Of a stretch of 64,000 bases of DNA, positions 48,557 through 62,524 are shown piece after piece. Every line of letters begins with the position of its first letter. Position 1 is the stretch's first letter. The position numbers and the translations under genes were made by a program. Under the pieces are notes generated by a model. That model was not told the origin of the DNA. It made no database searches and saw nothing but the letters and a program-made list of their open reading frames with translations. Source of the DNA: Squalus acanthias (taxonomy: Eukaryota); the NCBI GenBank assembly GCA_030390025.1, contig CM059428.1:108314001-108378000 (forward strand), in the 5' to 3' direction.

Positions 48557-50002
48557 TCCCAAGTGAGGAGCACAAGCTGCATGGAAGCAAAACAGGTTTG
48601 TCTGCAGACAACACACACTAAGAAACAAATGAAACAGAAAATATTCTGTCACAGAAATGCTGAGTGAAGTGGAACTTGTTAAGTGTTTTCTGTGGGGGGC
48701 TATTTAATAAACAATACTCACAGCATCTTACAATCTCCCCAAATACATGAACAGACTTTTATTGCTATTTTTTCACTAGTCTGCAGCGACTTTGGGTGAA
48801 AGGCAGTTGATTCCAGACTTCCAATAATGCCAGAGCCATCCACTAGATGGTGTGAGACAGCAGACAGTGGACCATTTTTCTTCCCTCTCTTGGGAGATGT
48901 TTGGATTTTGTTTGGCATATTTCCATTGCAGCACAAGTAAGAACAGGAACAAAGCACAAAGAGGGATCATACCTTTAATCCAGCAGCCCACCAACATACA
49001 AGCATCTCAAATTGGACTTTGTTACACAAGACCACAGAAACAGCTCGAAAACAATTGCAGTTCTTCATTTTCAAAAAACACTTCCAGGACCAGGCAATCT
49101 ATAGTTATTGAAAGCTTAATTTTTGTCCAGAGGTAAAATACAATATATCAACATAGTTAATATTTCTGCTTTGCAACGTCTTGTGTTGTCAGTAGTGCCC
49201 TCCCATCTCAATAAGGATTTAGGTATGCTTCTACAACTCCAGTTTTCCACCCCCCACCCATTCAAGGTTCAAAGTCTGAAAATGCTAAATACTGTAGTAC
49301 AGTATGTAAAGGCAACATTGCTCAATACTGAAAAAAACCCAGAACCAAAGCACGCGCAACAGCGAGGGATTTGCTTCTCCTCAAACAGAAGTGAGCAATG
49401 TAAAACACAATTAAAAAAACGATTAGCATGCCGCTTCCATCTCAAATGGAGCACTAATTATATCAAATTTATCTTCACAATTCTGCCAGCAATGTACATT
49501 AACCTCAATGTTAGAAGAACAAATTCTGCTACACCAAGACGACATTTTCATTTCCTACAAAATTAAGTTGAGTTAAGCTTCTAAATTGTGCCAAATTTTA
49601 GACTTTGTTTTGCTAAGGACTGGTGCTCACCAGGAACTGGGTTAACATTTCACGTAGGATCCATGCAACCAGTGACAAGAGAGTCTCATTCCCTTATTTC
49701 CATTAAGAGAAGGCATGTCTGGGTCTTGTTGAACTCGAAGCGGAATGGAGGTATATAAATAAAAGCAGGTGATTTAACTTGGACTGTGAGCACATAAGAC
49801 ACAAATAAAATACTAACAAATCTCAACAAGAGTTGAAATTAAAAGGACTATTTTGCTCTCTCAAACTGCTGGATATGTGGAACAGATTCCAGCTAAAGTA
49901 GTTCAAGCTGCATCAATGAACATTGATAAAGAAACAGCTGAATGAGTATCTATGGAGGATCATAAAGATAAGACAAAGATGATTGAAGGCTGTGTGGAGC
50001 AT

Positions 50003-51700
50003 GAAAGAAAGACGCGCATTTATATAGTGCCTTTCACGTTCATGTTCAAGAAAGGGTGTAAGGACAATCCTAGTAACCATAGGAGGTCAGTTTAACATCA
50101 GTGGTGGGTAAAGCTTTAGAAACAATAATCAAGGAAAAAATTAACAGGCACTTGGAGAGGTTTAAGCTAATTAAGGGGAGCCAACACAGATTTGTAAAGG
50201 GCAGATCATGTTTGACTAATCTAATTGAATTATTTTATGAAGTAACAGGAAGGATTGATGGAGGGAATGCAATGGATGTTGTCTACATGGGCTTTTAGGA
50301 AGGCAATTGACAAAGTACCACATGGAAGGCTGGTAACAAAATTGAGGCTCATGGAATAGGTGGGTCAGTGGCAGCTTGGATAAGGAATTGGCTTAATGAC
50401 AGAAAACAGCGAGTTGTGGTAAATGGCTGTTTTTCAGACTGGAGGATGGTAGACAGTGGTGTTCCCCAAGGGTCAGTGCTGGGGCCACTGCTTTTATGAC
50501 CTGGATATTGGAAGAGAGAGTAGAATTTCTAAATATGCCGATGACACCAAACTTGGGGGTGTGGCCAACAGTGAGGATGATAACAATAGGACATAGAAAG
50601 GCCAGCAGAATGGGCAGACAAGTGGCAGATGGAATTTAATACAGAGAAGTGTGAGGTGATGCATTTTGGCAGAAGGAACAGGGAGAGGCAATATACACTT
50701 AAAGGCACAGTTTTAAGGAGTGTGCAGGGACAGAGGGACCTGGGAGTTAATGTGCATGGGTTCCTGAAGGTGGTGGGACATATTGAGAGAGTGGTTAGCA
50801 AAGCATATGGGATCTTGGGCTTCATAGAGGTATTGAGTACAAAAGTAGAGAAGTTATGCTGAACCTTTATAAAGTGCTGGTTAGGCCACAACTGGAGTAT
50901 TGCGTCCAGTTCTGGTCACCACACTTTAGGAAGGATGTGAAGGCCCTTGAGAGGGTGCAGAGGAGATTTACCAGAATGGTTCCGGGATGGGGGATCTTAG
51001 CTACAAGGACAGGTTGGAGAAGCTGGATTTGTTTTCATTAGAGCAAAGGAGGTTGAGGGGTGATTTGATAGAGGTGTACAAGATTTTGACGAGTTTGGAT
51101 AGGCTAGACGGGGAAAGGCTGTTCCCACTAGTTGATGGTACAAGGACTAGGGGACACAGATTTAAGGTTTTGAGCAAGAGATACAGGGGGGACGCGAGGA
51201 AAAACTTTTTTACGCAGCGAGTGGTGAGGACCTAGAACTCGCTGCCGATGGAAGTGTTGGAAGCGGACACACTCAATGTTTTCAAGGGGAGACTGGATAG
51301 GCACTTGAGGGAAATAAACTTGCAGGGCTACGGGATAGAGCGAGGGAATGGGACTGACTGGCTTGCTCTAGAGCGCTGGCACGGACTCGATGGGCCGAAT
51401 GGCCTCCTTCTGTGCCGTATGACCTCAGGAATTCCCAAAGCACTTTACAGAAGTACTTTTGAAGTGTAGTCACTGTTGTAATGTAGGAATAACTCTCCAT
51501 CTCTTCTTCGAAATAATGTCATGGAATCTTTTACGTTTGCCTGAGAGAGCAGTTTAATGTCTCATCTGAAAGATGGCATCTCCAAAAGAACTGCACTGGA
51601 GTGTCAGCCTGGATTTTTGCGCTCAAGTCTCTGAAGTGGGACTTAAACGCACAACCTTTTGACTCAGAGGAGAGTGCGCTATCCACTGAACCACGGTGAT
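50003..51700 (-). mobile_element. Deu-domain-type SINE split by the CR1 insertion
   Basis: Head at about 51640-51700 (ctctgagtcaaaaggttgtgcgtttaagtcccac); tail gtgaaaggcactatataaatgc at about 50016-50037. Confidence 0.65.
50040..51422 (+). mobile_element. CR1 LINE, 5'-truncated, inserted into a SINE tail
   Basis: RT fragments; flanked by SINE halves (50003-50038 and 51423-51700). Confidence 0.88.
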
Positions 51701-51978
51701 TTCTGAGCTTCTGAAACCATTGCAATTTTATGTCAAGGAGGGCAATTCGTCAGAGATGAATATGGAAATCAAGGTTAGATGAATGCTATGGAACCTTTCT
51801 TGATTTACCTTTGCAGGGGACAGGGAGAACATTTTCAGAATATATTCTCAGCAGATGAAATGAGTAGAGTCCACATTAAGATAGATTGTACATGATCAGT
51901 AGGTCTCTCCTTAACCGAAAGGAAATCAGATTTCATAGGTGAAAGAATTTTTTCCTGCAACTATACTGGCATTACAAC

Positions 51979-52138
51979 CAATGTTCCCTCAAGGCTGCGC
52001 GGCCGCGCAGTGTCTGAGGTCCCGTGCTGGCCGCTCACCGGCTTTTGCATTGTAAAAACCGCGCATGCGCAAAATTTGAATGGGCCGCGCAGCAATTTAA
52101 TGGGACCATGCATGGAAAAAAAATTAGAGGGCTCATTG
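51979..52138. mobile_element. hAT-type MITE, 160 bp
   Basis: TIR caatgttccctc / gagggctcattg; perfect 8-bp TSD attacaac. Confidence 0.88.
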
Positions 52139-52260
52139 ATTACAACACAAACAGAATGCATAACATGTGAACTGGAAATAAAATCACAATTAGAACAATG
52201 AGCCATTTTAACTACCCCCAAATAAACTGGCAAAAAGAGGTAGTCAAAGGGGTACAGTGA

Positions 52261-54962
52261 ATAAGAACATAAGAAATAAGAGCAGGAGTAGGCCATACAG
52301 CCCCGCGAGCCTGCTCCGCCATTCAATATCATGGCTGATCATCGCCCTCAACTCCACTTTCCCGCCCGATCTCCATATCCCTCGATTCCCCTAGAGTCTA
52401 AAAATCTATCTATCTCAGCCTTGAATATACTCAAAGACTCAGCATTCACAGCCCTCTGAGGCAGAGAATTCCAAAGATTCACAACCGTGAGTGAAGAAAT
52501 TCCTCCTCATCTTGCCCCCTAGTTCTAGACACTCCAGCTAGGGGAAACAACCTCTCAGCATCTACCCTGTCAATCCCCTTCAGAATCTTGTATGTTTCAA
52601 TGAGATCACCTCTCATTCTTCTAAACTCCAGAGAGTATAGGCCCATTCTACACAATCTCTCATCATAGGACAGCCCTCTCATTCCAGGAATCATTCTAGT
52701 GAACCTTCGTTGCACCGCCTCCAAGGCAAGTATAGCCTTCCTTAGATCAGGAGACCAAAACTGTGCACAGTACTCCAGCTGTGGTCTCACCCAGGCTCTG
52801 TACAATTGTAGCAAGACTTCCTTACTCTTATACTCCAAACCCCTTGCAATAAAGGCCAACATGCCATTTGCCTTCCTTATTGCTTGCTGTACTTGCATGC
52901 TAGCTTTCTGTGTTTCTTGCAAGGAGGACACCCAAATCTCTGAGTACCAACATTTGAAAGTTTCTCACCATTTAAAAAAATATTGTTTTTCTATTCTTCC
53001 TACCAAAGTGAATAACCTCACATTTCCCTACATTATACTCCATCTGCCAGCTTACTGCCCACTCACTTAGTCTATCTATATCCCCTTGCAGACTCTGTTC
53101 TCCTCACAGCTTACTGTCCCATCTAGCTTTGTATCAGCAGCAAACTTGGATACATTATATTCGGTCCCTTCATCTAGGTCATTAATATAGATTGTAAATA
53201 ACTGAGGTCCCAACACTGATCCTCGCGGCACCCCACTAGTTACAGCCTGCCAACCTGAAAAAGACCCGTTTATCCCTACACTCTGTTTTCTGTCCGTTAA
53301 CCAATCTTCTATCCATGCTACTATATTACCCTCAACCCCATGAGCCCTAATCTTGTGTAATAACCTTTTATGTGGCACCTTATCGAATGCCTTTTGGAAA
53401 TCCAAATATACATCATCCATTGGTTCCCCTTTATCTACCCTGCTAGTTACATCCTCAAAAAACTAATACATTTGTCAAAGACGATTTCCCTTTCATAAAC
53501 CCATGTTGACTCTGCCTAATCATGTTATGATTTTCTAAGTGCCCTGATACCACTTCCTTAACAATGGATTCCAGCATTTTCCCGACGACTGATGTCAGGC
53601 TAATTGGCCTGTAGTTCCTGGTTTTTTCTCTCCCTCCTTTCTTGAATAGCGGTGTTACATTTGTGACCTTCCAATCCGCTGGGACCATTCTAGAATCTAG
53701 GGAATTTTGGAAGATCAAAACCATCCACTATCTCTTCAGCCACCTCTTTTAGAACCCTAGGATGTAGGCCGTCAGGTCATGGGGATTTGTCAGCTTTTAG
53801 TCCCATTAGTTTCTCTAGTACTTTTTCTCTACTTATATTAATTATGTTAAGTTCCTCACCCTCATTAGACCCTTGGTTCCCTACCATTTTTGGTATGCTT
53901 TTTGTGTCTTCTACTGTGAAGATACATACAAAATATTTGTTTAACGTTTCTGCCATTTTCTTATTCCCCATAATAATTTCTCCTGTCTCAGCCTCTAAGG
54001 GACCAACGTTTACTTTTGCTGCTACTCTTTTCCTTTTTACATACTTGTAGAAGCTCTTACAATCTGCTTTTATATTTCTTGCTAGTTTTCTCTCATTCTA
54101 TTTTTTCCCCTTTTTATCAATTTTTTGGTCAACCTTTGCTGGTTTCTGAAACTCTCCCAATCCTCAGGCTTACTATTATTCTTTGCAACATTATAAGCTT
54201 CTTCTTTCAATCTAATGCTATCCTTAACTTTAGTTAGCCATGGTTGGATCACTTTTCCCATGGAGTTTTTGTTTCTCAATGGAATGTATTTTTGTTGAGA
54301 ATTATGAAATATTTCTTTACATGCGAGCCACTGCTTATCTACCGTCATACCTTTTAATCTATTTTTCCAACCTACCTTAGCCAACTCGCCCCTCATACCT
54401 CTGTAATTGCCTTTATTAAAAAGTTTAAGACTCTAGTTTCAGACTTAGGCAAGTCACTCAAAATTAACGTGAAATTCCATCATATTATGATCACTCTACC
54501 CCAGATCACTTTACTATGAGATTGCTAATTAACCCTCTCTCATTACACAGTACAAGATCTAAAATAGCCTATTCCCTGGTTGGATGCATGACATATTGTT
54601 CTAGGAAACTGTCCCGAATGCATTCCATGAACTCGTCCTCCAGACTACCTTTGCTAATTTAATCTGTCCAGTCTATATGAAGATTAAAGTCCCCCAAGAT
54701 TATTGCATTACCTTTGTTGCATGCTCCTACTATTTCTTGATTAATATTCTGTCCAACGGTACACTGTTAGGGGGCCTATATACTACTCCTACTAGTGTTT
54801 TCTGCCCCTTGTTATTCCTTATCTCCACCCATACTGATTCTACTTCCTGATCTTCCGAGCCGAGATCCTTTCTTGCTACTGTCCTTATGTCATCCTTTAT
54901 CAGAGCTACTCCCCCTCCTTTTCCATTCTGCCTGTCTTTTCGAAACATCAAGTATCCTGGAA
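52261..54962 (-). mobile_element. CR1 LINE (APE through 3' tail), frameshifted
   Basis: [36 protein letters not shown]-terminus, ttcttatgttcttat tail. Confidence 0.93.
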
Positions 54963-57043
54963 TAGAGTTTTAACAATGTGTGCAGTAGTCCTTTCTTACC
55001 CAGTATGTAGAAAGCCCAACAAGAGGGATCTAGTAATGGGAAATGAACCAGAACAGATAAAAGTTGTAAGCGCAGGGGAACATTTAGGCAATAGCGAACA
55101 CAACATAATAAGGTTTTAGATAAATATTGAGAAGGACATATGCAAGACAAAGACCAAAGTAATAAATTGGAAAAAAGCTGATTTTAAGAGGATGAGAATG
55201 GAATCAGGGAAAATAAACTGTAAAAATTTACTGATAAACAAAGAAATAGAACAGCATTGGGAAACATTTAAAACTGTGATCAAGAGTGCCCAGGAGAAAT
55301 ATACCCCATTAAAAAGCAAGAAAAAAAACTAGCCAGTAATGAAAAACAATGTATGAATAAAGAAATAAGGGCAAAATTGAAACTAAAGAGAAAAGCATAC
55401 GCTAAGCACATAGACACAACAAAGGAGAGGAAGGCAAAAGAGAAAACAAAAAGGTTGGGAAAGAAGTCAAAAAAAATTGGGAAGCCAAAGAGAAACTATG
55501 AAATTAAATCATCAAGGAATATAAAAAGAAATAAAGTATTCTACAGAAACAAATAACAAAAGAAAAATCACGAGAGAGATAATGCCACCAAGCGATACAC
55601 ACGATAAACCCTCAGGTAATGACAGCTAAATGGCAGAAATATTAAATAATTACTTTGCTTTGGTATTTATTCAGAAGCCCAACATGGTGGACATGACATT
55701 AGGAAAAGAGATCAAAAAAGATATAAAGACATTTAAGATAGAAAGGGAGAGATAATTGATAAACTAATCAAACTTAGAGAGGATAAAACCCATGGTCCGG
55801 ATGGATTGTATCCCCGCATACTAAAATAAGTTAGGGAAGAGATAGCAGAGGGATATTACATATACAAAAAAATTAATTAGAAAAGAGAATAGTGCCCGAG
55901 GACTGGTGGACAGCTAGTGTGATTCCTATATTTAAAAAGAGAGATAGAACAAGTCCAGGGAACTATAGACCAATGAGCTTATCAGTGGTAGGAAAGATAG
56001 TTGATCCTAACTCAAAGATGTAAAAGAAAAACATTTAGAAACTGAAAATATAATGAAGAGTAGTCAGCACGGATTTCAAAAGGAAAGGCCAAGCCTGACC
56101 AACCTTACTGAATTATTTGAAGTAGTAACAGAAAAGGTAGATAAGGGTAATATAGTAAATGTAATATATTTAGATTTCCAAAAGGCCTTCGATAAGGTAC
56201 CGCATAGTAGACTCATGACTAAGGTCAGAACATGTGAAGTCAGGGGACTAGCAGCATAATGGATAGCAAGCTGGCTACAAAACAGAATGTAGGGGTTAAA
56301 GGTAATTACTCAGATTGCTAACAGGTGGGAAGTAGTGTTCCACAAGGATCAGCGCTGGAACCACTGTCGTTCACCATTTACCTAAACGATTTGGACTCAG
56401 GAAGCAGAAGTACAATTTCTAAATTTGCAGACGACACCAATTTTTTGGAGGGGGTAGTTAATATAGAGGAGGACTGAGACAAAATACAGGAAGACATTAA
56501 TAAACTTACAGTATGGGCGTGTAATTGGCAAAAGAACTTCGATATAGACAAGCGCGAGATGGTACATTTTGGTAGGAAGAATAAGGAGGCCACATACTCC
56601 TTGGAAAATAAGTATCTAAATAGGGTAGAGGAGCAGATGGATCTAGGGATACAGATACACAAATCACGAACAGGAGTGACACAGGTTATTAAGGCCATAA
56701 AAAAGCAAACACAGCACTGGGGTTCAATTCCAAAGGGATAGAATTGAAAAGCAGAGAAGTTATGTTAGACTTATATAGAACCTTGGTTTGACCACACTTG
56801 AAGTACTGTGAACAGTTCTGGGTTCCATATTATAAAAGAGAGGTATAGAGGCACTGGAGAAGGTGCAAAAAAGATTTACTAGAATGATTCCAGAAATGAG
56901 AGGTTATACCCATCAGGAAAGATTGAACAGGCTGGGGCTCTGTTCTCTAGAAAAGAGAAGACTGAGGGGCTACCTGATCGAGGTCTTTAATATTATGAAA
57001 GGGTTTGCTAGGGTAGACGTAGAGGAGATGTTTCCACTTTTTT

Positions 57044-57076
<33 letters not shown>

Positions 57077-57385
57077 GCAGGAATGAGACCAGAGGCCATA
57101 AATACAAGATAGTCATTTAGTCATTACTAAATCCACTAGGGAATTCAGGTGAAACTTCTTTACTCAGAGTGGTTAGAATGTGGAACCCGCTACCACAAGC
57201 AGTAGTTGAAGCGACTAGCATAGATGCATTTAAGGGGAAGCTAGATAGACAGACAAGGGAGAAAGGAATAGAGGGATATATGTTGATGCGGTTAGATGAA
57301 GAAGGGTGGAGGAAGGAGGCTTGTGTGGAGCAGAAACACCTGCATGGACCTGTTGGGCCAAATGGCCTGTTTCTGTGTTGTAAAT
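54963..57385 (+). mobile_element. Older CR1 LINE, decayed
   Basis: [39 protein letters not shown]; contains a G30 run at 57046-57075. Confidence 0.88.
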
Positions 57386-58148
57386 ACTATGCAAGACTCT
57401 CTTCAGTTGTAAAAACCTGTTTTTTTTAAAAAAGCAAAGTCTTACAGTGTACACCTCAGATCTATTAATTAACTGAAGACAGCAGACATTAAGATCGTAT
57501 CAATAAGATAACATTTCACAGCAGCAACCCACCAGGATTTGCACCACTATGCATCATTTCACTTTTTCAATGTGTAAAGAACCTTAGATATTAGAACATA
57601 AATCAAAAGCACCAGTTTAAGTTGGCAATTTTTTTTTTAAGTACTAAGAGTACTTGCTGGGGGACGACAGAAAATATTCAGCTTATGACTGTTTATGCAT
57701 CACGTGTGAGGGTTACACAAATGCATTACTTGGTGAATGTTATGGGTCTTCGTCAACTTGTACTTGCATCATGCTGCAGAAGTCCGAGTGAACTGAAGGC
57801 AGCAGATCTCACTATTATCTATCTTTAGAGGATGACTAAAGGTATGATTGAGGAGCATAATTTGCTCTTGGGAACTGTCTGAAAGCATAGTCAGGTTTGA
57901 GAGGTCATTTTATGGGAAACACCAGGATTGTTCGTGCCTAAATCCTAGCTTCAACAACTTCAAAAGAACATTAATTAAAATGGGGAACATTACCACATTG
58001 TTTAGGCCTTCATTCAGAACCTATAGGTCAATTTTTTTTATTTTATTTTTTTTAAACATGAAGAGCTGGCAACAGAATTTGCTTTTGTAGCACCCAGTTA
58101 ACAGTTTTAAGATCTTTGTTTCAAACTTTACTCAAACAAAAATATAAT

Positions 58149-59079
58149 GGCCTGGTTTTTGCGGTCAGAAGCGAAGGGATGGCGCTGGCCGCAGACCTCG
58201 AAGAAAGCTGCCCAAAAAGATTTAGCGGGCTCTGGAACATCAATTTCCCCATTCCGACGTCAGTTTAAATCTGGCGCCATCTATAGGGGACCTGTGGCAT
58301 CCAGCAACAGTGACATCATCAAGCAGGCTGAGCAGCAATGTTCCTTTTAATTTTTGTGCGCGCGCGGCCCCTTTAAGGCGCTGCGCAGCCCATCAAAATA
58401 CTGCGCATGCGTGGTTTTTCCTATTTAAAAGCTGGTAGCAGGCTGCGCGGGAGCTGCAGAGCTCTGCGCAGCCGCACAGCTTAAAGGGAACATTGCTGAG
58501 CAACCAATCAGATTGAAGAATTCTCACAACAGCAAACCAGAAAGTAAAAAGCATGGATTATAATTCACTTTTTAATAATTTTACAGAAAGCAAAATAAAG
58601 ATTGGGGCATAGACATGGGATTAAGGTAGAAGCTGAAATATCAAACAAACTTTAATAAAAATAAAAATCAATTACTTTAAAAATCATGGAATTTTTATCA
58701 TGGAATGGAGGGAATGAGACTCCACACACAAAATTAGTTTTTCAGGGTCAGAGGGGTTGTTCAGCAGTAATTATGACTTAGTACGCCGTTAAAAACTCAG
58801 TTACACCTCATTCAACAAGGCGTAACATATTCAATGGTTTTTACAGCGAGAATAGTGCGTAAAAAGTTGAAGTTCACGTCAAATCACTGATTGTGTTGAT
58901 TGCATCTGCGAAGACTGCAACAGCGCACCCTGTGGAGGAGCAGGGTATCACCGACAACAACTTTCGATTTCCGTGTTTAACTGCGCATGTGCGGACACCA
59001 GACGTTGCGGTCAGATTTACACAATAACGACGGCGAGCGCTGACAGTTTCGCCGTCATTATAACCACAAGTTCCAGGCC
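58149..59079. mobile_element. Harbinger-like non-autonomous element (distinct internal sequence)
   Basis: TIR ggcctggtttttgcggt / accacaagttccaggcc; 3-bp TSD AAT. Confidence 0.78.
58336..58495. mobile_element. hAT-type MITE, 160 bp, nested in the Harbinger-like element
   Basis: TIR caatgttcctttt / aaagggaacattg; 8-bp TSD ctgagcag/ctgagcaa; inverted relative of 51979-52138. Confidence 0.85.
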
Positions 59080-59621
59080 AATATTTCCATGATAGAAAAA
59101 TCCTAATCCAGGATCCATCACTATTTTACCAGAGAAATTAGTTGTCTAATTGTCAGGATGCAAAGCAATGTTCTCAGACAACTACTTTATATTTTGAAAA
59201 GAAGGACTTGCATTTATATAGAGATATATATGTTGAGAAAAACAGCTGGATCGCTACAGAAAGATAGTTCCAGTTGATCAATTTTATTCCTGCTAAATTG
59301 GGTTATTCCACCATTGACAGCAATTTTAAAACTTTATAATTTTTTAACATGTCAGGAATGTCCAAACAGCATCTCACAAGCAGCACATAACTGTTCTATT
59401 CCTGAAAAACAACTATTTCGCTTGCACTCAAATTGCCTGTAGTGGGGCTCCCCCTCAGTGACTGGCATGCAGAGATCTTGTTGATTGTGTGGTGACAGGC
59501 TGTGGCTGGAAGGAGAAGCAGCAAAGTCAATAGAAGAGGTGGCGAGTGTGAAATTGCATCCAGCGAGGAACAGCAAGTACATTCCAGTAATCATCAAACT
59601 GATGAGTTAGACATACACAAT

Positions 59622-60379
59622 GGCCCGTAATTTCCGATGCCTACGGGTGTGTACAAGCTGTGTACACACCCGTAGGGACCTCGCAAGTGCCGGTTTCAGG
59701 CATGCGAAGCGCATGTGCTGAAAACCGGCACTTCCGATCTGTCAAGAATGCTCTTCACAGATCGCACGCCTGCCCTGGAGAAGGGCCTCTGCGGGTGGAG
59801 TGTGCCACTTTCTGCAGAACCTCCGCCCGCTGAAATCCCTTAAAAATCTTACGCCTGGTAAAAGCAGGCATAATGCCTGCTTTTACCAGCATAAGAGTTT
59901 AAAAAAGTAAAAAGATAATTTTTTTCCCCCCACTCAGTTATAATGTAAAAATACTTCTAAAAAAGGTAAGTTTATTTTTAGCCCTGTAAAAAACTATTTT
60001 TTTCAAAAAATTTAATTTTTGTTTAAAATATTTAATTTAATGTAATTTTAACTCATTTTAAAAATGTCATTTAAAAATTTTTTTTATTTAATGTTGTAGT
60101 GTCTTTTTTCAGTGATCCCCATTCATACTTTTGACAGGTCTACCTGTCAAAAGTATGAAGGGAGATTCCCTTCTCCCATTGGCTCGCCTGGCCCACGTAA
60201 TCCCAGGGACGCATGCGAACTGCCTGCGCCCCTGGGATACCTGGGCCTTTGTGCGCGCGCACCAGAGAGGCCCAGGAGCAGAAGAGTTCGGACATCGAGA
60301 GCCCTCAGGTAAGGGCGTAGATTTTTTCCCGATAGGAGGCATCCGCACGCAGGATGCCTCCTATCGGAAATTACGGGCC
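59622..60379. mobile_element. Harbinger-like multi-hairpin MITE
   Basis: Perfect 17-bp TIR GGCCCGTAATTTCCGAT; seven internal hairpins. Confidence 0.85.
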
Positions 60380-61364
60380 ATAATCTCACTCCCTTCTTTT
60401 GCTCACATCGTCTTAAATAACACAAACTGTAAAACCTGCCAGTCACAATGGATATATGCCAGGGTGGGGAACTGCACATAAGATAGAGGAAAAACTAGCC
60501 TAACCTAACCTGTCTTGCAAAGAGTGGCACAGTGTTGGACATGGGGATCTGAACCATTAATGCAGGAAACCACTGCTTGCTGACCTCTCATATGAAAGAG
60601 CTGGTGGACATGGAATGACATCCGTTGAAAAAACAGAACTGCCAGCTCATATGATTTCCTGGGATTGGGTGGCTTCAGAGAGCTCTTTGGCTAGTTTTAA
60701 TTTGCTGTCTGGGATTTTCCCATAATTAACAACACCGATGCGAGGAAGGGATACCCTAGTGGAGAATGTTCATGCCAAGAGGAAAATTGGTGTGTGTCAA
60801 AAAATTTATGTCAATGTTACCTTTTACAAGATGACAATCAACTAATGACTGCCGTCCTGGGGGGGTGGGGGGGGGAAGATAAAATCGATCAGTCAAGGTA
60901 GCTTCCCGATTGCATGTCTAGCGACGGAAATTCTGAACTAGATCAACTTCGCTGTGGCAGACTCAGGAACCTGATAACCCCCAAGTGAGGTACTTCAACA
61001 ATATTCCAGTGCACTGTTAATGTTTCATTAATGGAACCGTGGAAAGGGGGTAAACCTGTTACTGGGAGCTGGATTCTTCCCACTCAGTCCCTGAAACCAA
61101 ATCTTACAATCCAAATCCCAAACTGAACAACTAGTGAGAAGCTTACTAGTGCTTTGTGCAGGTGGGTTGCATTGTTTTAGCTGGCTAATTTGAACCCTGA
61201 GGGAGGGCTCACTAGGCCTTAGCTCATGCCAAACTACACCTAAGCTTCTTAGACTTAAGTTAAGTGGGGTGTGCTCTACAGGGAGAGGGTGTGTACTTCA
61301 TAAAAGACAAACATAAGTTCTACTTGTATGGATTCCTCAGCAACTTGGTTAGGATACTCAAACA

Positions 61365-62524
61365 TAGGTTTCCATGAATGCCACCCCCTCGACCTTGCCA
61401 TCACACGTGGCCTCGCTACTCCCACCGTGTCAATCACAGATAAGGCCATCTCTGACCACTTCCTTGTATCGCTCTCCACCGGCATCCCCCTTTCTCCCCC
61501 CCCCCCCCCCCCCCCCCACTTCCTTCTGTGTCCACCCCTGGAAAAAAAAAGTCTCTCCCAACTCACTTACAAAATCCCAACTGTCTAGCCTTTGGCCCTC
61601 CATTCACCACAACATTTCTGCAGCTACCGATATGCTCAAGCACACCCTCACCACCACCTTTGATGCCCTTGCTACCACTAAAACCATTGCTCGCTCTCAC
61701 TTTGGCCATTCCCCCTGGTACAGCCCTCATTTCCGCTCCCTTAAGTTCAACGTACGCAGACTTGAACAGATATGGTGGACAACTGGTTTAGCCATTCACC
61801 ACTGATCTGGCTGGACCACATAAAGCACTATCGGGCCCTGCTCTCTGCCAAAACTGCTCACTATTCCAGGATCATCCTGGAATGCAAAGATAACCCCCAG
61901 CTTCTTTTCTCTACTGCAAACAATCTTCTTAAACCCCTCTCTCCTGTCTCCTCCACCCTCAACTTCAACAAGTACGAGGAGCTCATGGACTTCTTTGTCT
62001 CCAAGATTGAGACCATCCGTTCAGCTGCCTCTGCCACTTCCCTTCCTTCCCCTAGCCCACCGGGCCAAACTTCCACTGAGGTTCCCCCCTGCCCTAACCC
62101 TGAACTCCCATCTTCCTCCAGTTTCTCGTCGATTTTCCCTCATGCCCGCTCTGAGTTCATCTTATCCATGAGACCCACTTCCTGCTCCCTCGACCCTATT
62201 CCCACTAAACTGTTGACCACCCAACTTCCTTTCCTGGCTCCCATGTTAGCTGATATTGTTAACAGTTCTCGCTCCTCAGGTACGGTCCCCCTCGCCTTCA
62301 AATCTGCCGCCACTGTCTCTAAATTGTCAGACTACTGGTCAGACATCCAGTACTGGATGAGCAGAGATTTCCTCCAACTAAATATTGGGAAGACCGAAGC
62401 CATTGTCTCCAGTCCCCGCCACAAACTCTGTTCCCTAGCCACCAACTCCATCCCTCTCCCTAGCATCTGTCTGAAGCTGAACCAGACTGTTAACAACCTT
62501 GGTGTCATATTTGACCCTGAAATG
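61365..62524 (+). mobile_element. L2 LINE ORF2 fragment with internal deletion
   Basis: HPLDLAITRG, AISDHFLV, SPWY, PTSCSLDPIPTKLL, WMSRDFLQLNIGKTEAI, NLGVIFDPEM. Confidence 0.85.

Noticed and set aside
57046-57075. G30 run, and the C run at about 61495-61518, as G-quadruplex regulators
   Set aside because: Homopolymer expansions inside decayed LINEs; length unreliable and no evidence of function.
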